DNA of 64,000 nt from Zootoca vivipara (taxonomy: Eukaryota): NCBI RefSeq assembly GCF_963506605.1, contig NC_083276.1, positions 80,228,001 to 80,292,000 of the forward strand, written 5' to 3'. This document shows, piece after piece, positions 60,028 through 64,000 of this stretch (its first letter is position 1; each line of letters starts with the position of its first letter). The notes beneath the pieces are model-generated. The model made no database searches, had not been told where the DNA came from, and saw nothing but the letters and a program-made list of their open reading frames with translations. The position numbers and the translations under genes are program-made.

Positions 60028-61995
60028 GAGCATTGGAAGCATTCAGTGTTTTTATGGACTCTTATCTCCTCTCCTTAATCAAGACTAAAATATGGAGGCT
60101 TCTCCACCCCCTCCTTCCCACTGCCCTCTGCTCTTTCCAGACCCCTTGGAAGGGACTTTGCCTGCAGAACTCCATCTGGCACACCATGGTATTGGGACCT
60201 GAGCTCTGCCTGTGTGCTGTCACTGCTGCTTGATGGAGAAGCACTGAATGACTTGGAGGGTGGGAGGGGTTGGTTGTCTGAGCCACCGTGACCAGGGGGC
60301 CACTTCAATCCATGGATTCTTGGACCCAAAGAGAATGGTGCTTTCCACAGAGGTTTCTCGCCTCTTTCCTTTCTGTGGCTTTTTTAGGAGCACTGGGGAA
60401 GGAGTCCATCCAGCTCATCTCCTGCGAGAAAAACTGGTGCTTCAGCACAGAATGAGATGTCTGACCCTATTCTCCCCGGAACTCGTGTCCACGGTCCACA
60501 CTGCATTGTTTTCTTAGGCATCGAAGCATCCATTCCTCCTTAAATCTGATCCTTTTTCCAAAGCAGGTTCAGTCTCGCCCTCCAGCACCGTTGTACACAG
60601 CTTAGAAAACAGTATTTCCCTGCTACGATGGAAGGCAGGCTGGCTGCTTCTTTGGGTCACCCCTCTTCTCCTTTCCTCCTTCAGTTGCGGGAAAATGTCA
60701 CCTCCTTTCTACCTGGCTTCTTCTAGAGGGGCCTGCGTTGGTCAACCGGCTCACAACGTTGAGTCTCCCTTAAAAAATAGATCTGGCTACTGCAGGTCCG
60801 CTTTCCACTGATTTGCTAACTATTTTCCTCGCTTTGTTTCATGCAATAGCTGCTCCAGTTGTAACTTCTGATGTAAACCTTTGTTTCTGGGGCCAGCCCC
60901 TCCCAGATTGCCGCCTTCCTTGTTGTAGAGGAAGTGTTGTAAATGGAGACCATAGAATGGAAAGGGGCAAAGTCAACCTAGGGCTACCTGGAAGTTACCG
61001 AATGCAGCACACCCTGAGCATTTTTAAAATTCTATGTGATGTACCTGTTGAACGTGTTGATTTAAGGTCCAGAGCTTTCCTTGGCCCCAGCCTCCTTTTA
61101 AAAGGAGTTTCTTTTTGGAGTGGTTCACTCATGAGTTTGCTTCAGATAGCACCATACCTCACTGATCTCTGGCATGCCAGTCTAGGGAGACGATTAGAGA
61201 CAGTGGGAGGCGTCTCTTCACACCACCATATTTAGCTGTGTTATGTAATCGTAAGTAGGGTTTCTGGAGCCACTCTAGTCACCAGGCAGCCCTTTGAGAC
61301 CAGTTGCAGCAAAACCTGTGTGTTCGGAACATGGGACAAAAGCACCTGCAGAGTTCTTGATTAAACTCTCATCTTTGAGTTGTAACCCTTTGGGTGTTCA
61401 TTTTCAGCTTTCATTGCTCCATCCTAGCCTGAGCACCCAGTTACTTTAAATCATGGTAACACGTTACACCCTGGAATATGTAGTCTCCAGCAACTGGATC
61501 TCGGTAGTGAGGCCAAGTATCTGTTGTGTTCATGAACACTTAATGTGATTGGTCAGCTGCATGGTGAAGCCTCCCTTGTAGAAGGACCCTGTTTTGTCTC
61601 ACAGAACAATGTTGTGGCCTAAGGAGGAGGGGGTGGTGTCTGGCAAAGGATGTTCTTGTGTGATGTGGCACCTCCTTTTGTACTGTTGATCACAGAGGTG
61701 CTCAACTCTAAATGTGTTTTTTAAAAAATAAAACGGGAAAGTTGTATAAGCAATGGAGTGACAACTTAAACTGTAAAATATATAAAAATTGATGATTGGA
61801 AAAGTTGCTTTTTACATAATGGACATTTTTAGTTTGTTTTGAAATAATGGAAGTAAGAAAAGAAAGAAATGAAACAACAGAAAACATAGCCTTGGTTCCT
61901 CTCAACTCACCCATCCCTGTTCTTCGTGATTTGATTTGTTTGTCTTTTTCTGATAGGTTGGAAATTGTGTAATAAACTTGATGATATTGTCAATC
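60028..61995 (+). other. CPSF7: CPSF7 terminal non-coding exon (3'UTR)
   Basis: acceptor TTTTGTCTCTTTCTAG ending at 60027; AATAAA at 61727 and at 61971, the latter followed by a GT/T-rich tract. Confidence 0.7.
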
Positions 61996-62951
61996 TTTTA
62001 TACTGCATTGTATGGCTTCTTTTCATTTTGTAACGATTTTGAATGCTGGGTGAGCTGTTTTCTAGAATCTCCACTAAATATGAGCGGGGGGGGGGCGGTG
62101 TGCGGGGAGACCCTGATATGGAAAAGAAGATGGATAGACAAGACAGGTGCCATATTTTGGCTGGGTAGTAGCCCTTGTACAACCATAGCTTTATGTATTA
62201 CTAAATTAGTTCCAAAACCACTTTATGTACACATATTAAAATGATTTTTAAAAAGCTATCTCTCAGTCATCTCCATTTAAAGGGGAGTGTCTGGTAGCAA
62301 ACCAAGGAAAGATTTGAGACCCTTGAGAATGTCTGCCAGTGTGTAATCAGTACACTGAATGAAGATTCGATGCTCAGCATCATTTTAAGTAGCTCCTTTA
62401 AAAAATATTTGCTCTGGAAAACATGAACAAAAATCACAGGTTTCATAAAAAGGGATAAGCGTTATGCTGAGCAGAGATAGGGAAATGAAGCCATGATGGA
62501 AACAGATGAAACTCAAACACTTTGAAAGGGGATTGTGCCTTTCACGTGAAATTGAATATTACAGGCAAGGATGCAGGGAAATATAATAGTATATAAGGGA
62601 TTTCTGTCTATGGCAGGAAAAGGTTCAGTTACAAGAATATTGTCCTGATTGCTAGTGGTATTCAGTGAAATGCTTCTAGGAATCATCTGCTTGCACAGAT
62701 GGTGTGTGTTTCACCTTCCTGAAGGTTTGTCATAAAAGGGCATTTGCCTGTGACTGGCGGATGAGGTGGTAGTACTTTCAGAATGCAGCTTGAGTGGTGA
62801 ACAGTCTGTGGGAGGGGCTTAATGCTGAGTGGGTGGGTTTACCTGGTTGCTAGGTGATGATTGTGATCTAAGGGACCAGGATTAATCTCAAATGAGTCCA
62901 GATAAGTGATCTGATGAATGGGTACCATTCAAGTCTCTTGTTATTCTCACC

Positions 62952-63257
62952 ATGACATACTCATTAGAATTTGGCCTTGTTAATGCGGCCAACCGGTACC
63001 TGACTGCTGAACCTTTCCGTTTCCAGGTGGCAGCCACAGGCAAGCAACTGAAGCCTCGCCAGTTGTGGATACTGCAGTTTGTGAGCCCACAGGGAGCTGG
63101 GGCAGCTGGCCCAGGAGAAGGAGCTGGCCAAAAGCTTCACCTGATCAGTGCACTGAAACGCTACTTGGCGGCTGACGCAAATGGAAAAGTCACCTGTGAC
63201 CAGGACAAACCAGGGCCTCAGACCTTCTTTCTCTTGCATCAGTATCCAGATGGCAAG
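62952..63257 (+). CDS. Fascin-like protein, coding exon 1
   Basis: ACCATG; LEFGLVNAANRYLTAEPFRFQV..LK.RQLW..RYLAADANGKVTC is fascin beta-trefoil 1; donor AAG|GTG. Confidence 0.88.
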
Positions 63258-63903
63258 GTGCTCTCTCTCACCCAGGCACAAGCATCCTATCTCTCAAGTG
63301 TAGCTTTATGTCCGATATTATTGGGCTGGAATTCTGGACAAAGAGGGCTAGGCAGAAATGAGGGCAGGTTTGAGCTCAACTTGCAGACTAGTTTGCTGTG
63401 GTGAGAAGCAGTGTCTTTTCTTAGTGTGCAAGTTTTTAGATTCTTGCGGGTAAGTCCAGGCAGCAAATTCCTGCACTCCAGTGCTGTAAAGTACATCAGG
63501 AAGAGTGCAAAATGTCCCTGGACACCCCCCCCCCCATGGTCTCCTTGGGAAGCCAGTCACGTGAGCCAAAGCTCTTTGCCCCTGTTGGCCAAACAGTATG
63601 ATAGTCAGCCACTATGGGCTGAAGGGGAGAAAATGTGTCTGAATAGCTTATTTGAGTCCCTGTGCTAAGAGTTGCCTGGTGTATCCTTCAAGGTGCCCTA
63701 GCCACTTCCCACCCACAACTGGAAACAACTGTAGCACAATGGAACTTGGGTGATCATGGCAACTCCATAAGCCCAAAGGTGTAACGTAATTGGTGTAATG
63801 ATACCTGAGTTTTTTCTGCCATGTTCTTTGCTCTCACTGAGAGTGTTCCTGCTTTTCTGGTCTTGGGCAATGTAGCTGACCAGACATCCTTCCCTCCCTG
63901 CAG

Positions 63904-64000
63904 GTGTCCTTGCAAAATGAACAGTCCAAGCGCTACCTGGGTGGAGCAGAGGAGAATGTCACTTGCTTTGCCCAAGCTGCCAGCGAAACCGAAAAGTGGA
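63904..64000 (+). CDS. Fascin-like protein, coding exon 2 (runs off the window)
   Basis: acceptor CCCTCCCTGCAG; VSLQNEQSKRYLGGAEENVTCFAQAASETEKW aligns to FSCN1 [32 protein letters not shown]; phase 0 matches exon 1. Confidence 0.88.
   Translation, partial: MSLQNEQSKRYLGGAEENVTCFAQAASETEKW

Noticed and set aside
63258-63404. Continuation of the fascin ORF to 150 aa
   Set aside because: This is intronic read-through; fascin homology stops at the donor and resumes at 63904.

Overview
This is vertebrate genomic DNA from a squamate reptile, most likely a lacertid lizard, judging by its Sauria SINEs, BovB/RTE, CR1, L2, Penelope and many hAT MITEs. It carries the block known from human 11q12: LRRC10B (-, single exon), SAXO4/PPP1R32 (-, 12 coding exons, 427 aa), SDHAF2 (-, 4 exons) and CPSF7 (+, 8 coding exons, 460 aa). 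SDHAF2 and CPSF7 share a bidirectional CpG-island promoter. The window ends inside an unexpected, divergent fascin-family gene (+). I traced the exon boundaries by hand (GT-AG, phase-consistent). The main observations are: (1) a fascin paralog that does not match FSCN1/2/3 in intron position or synteny and lacks the Ser39 switch; (2) a candidate alternative terminal exon and intronic poly(A) site with clustered UGUA motifs in CPSF7, suggesting CFIm autoregulation; (3) two inverted minimal hammerhead ribozyme motifs in a Penelope-like insertion in a SAXO4 intron; (4) a +1 frameshift in the last codons of SDHAF2; (5) several nested transposon insertions with clean TSDs. Gene identities come from recalled vertebrate protein sequences; no database search was run.
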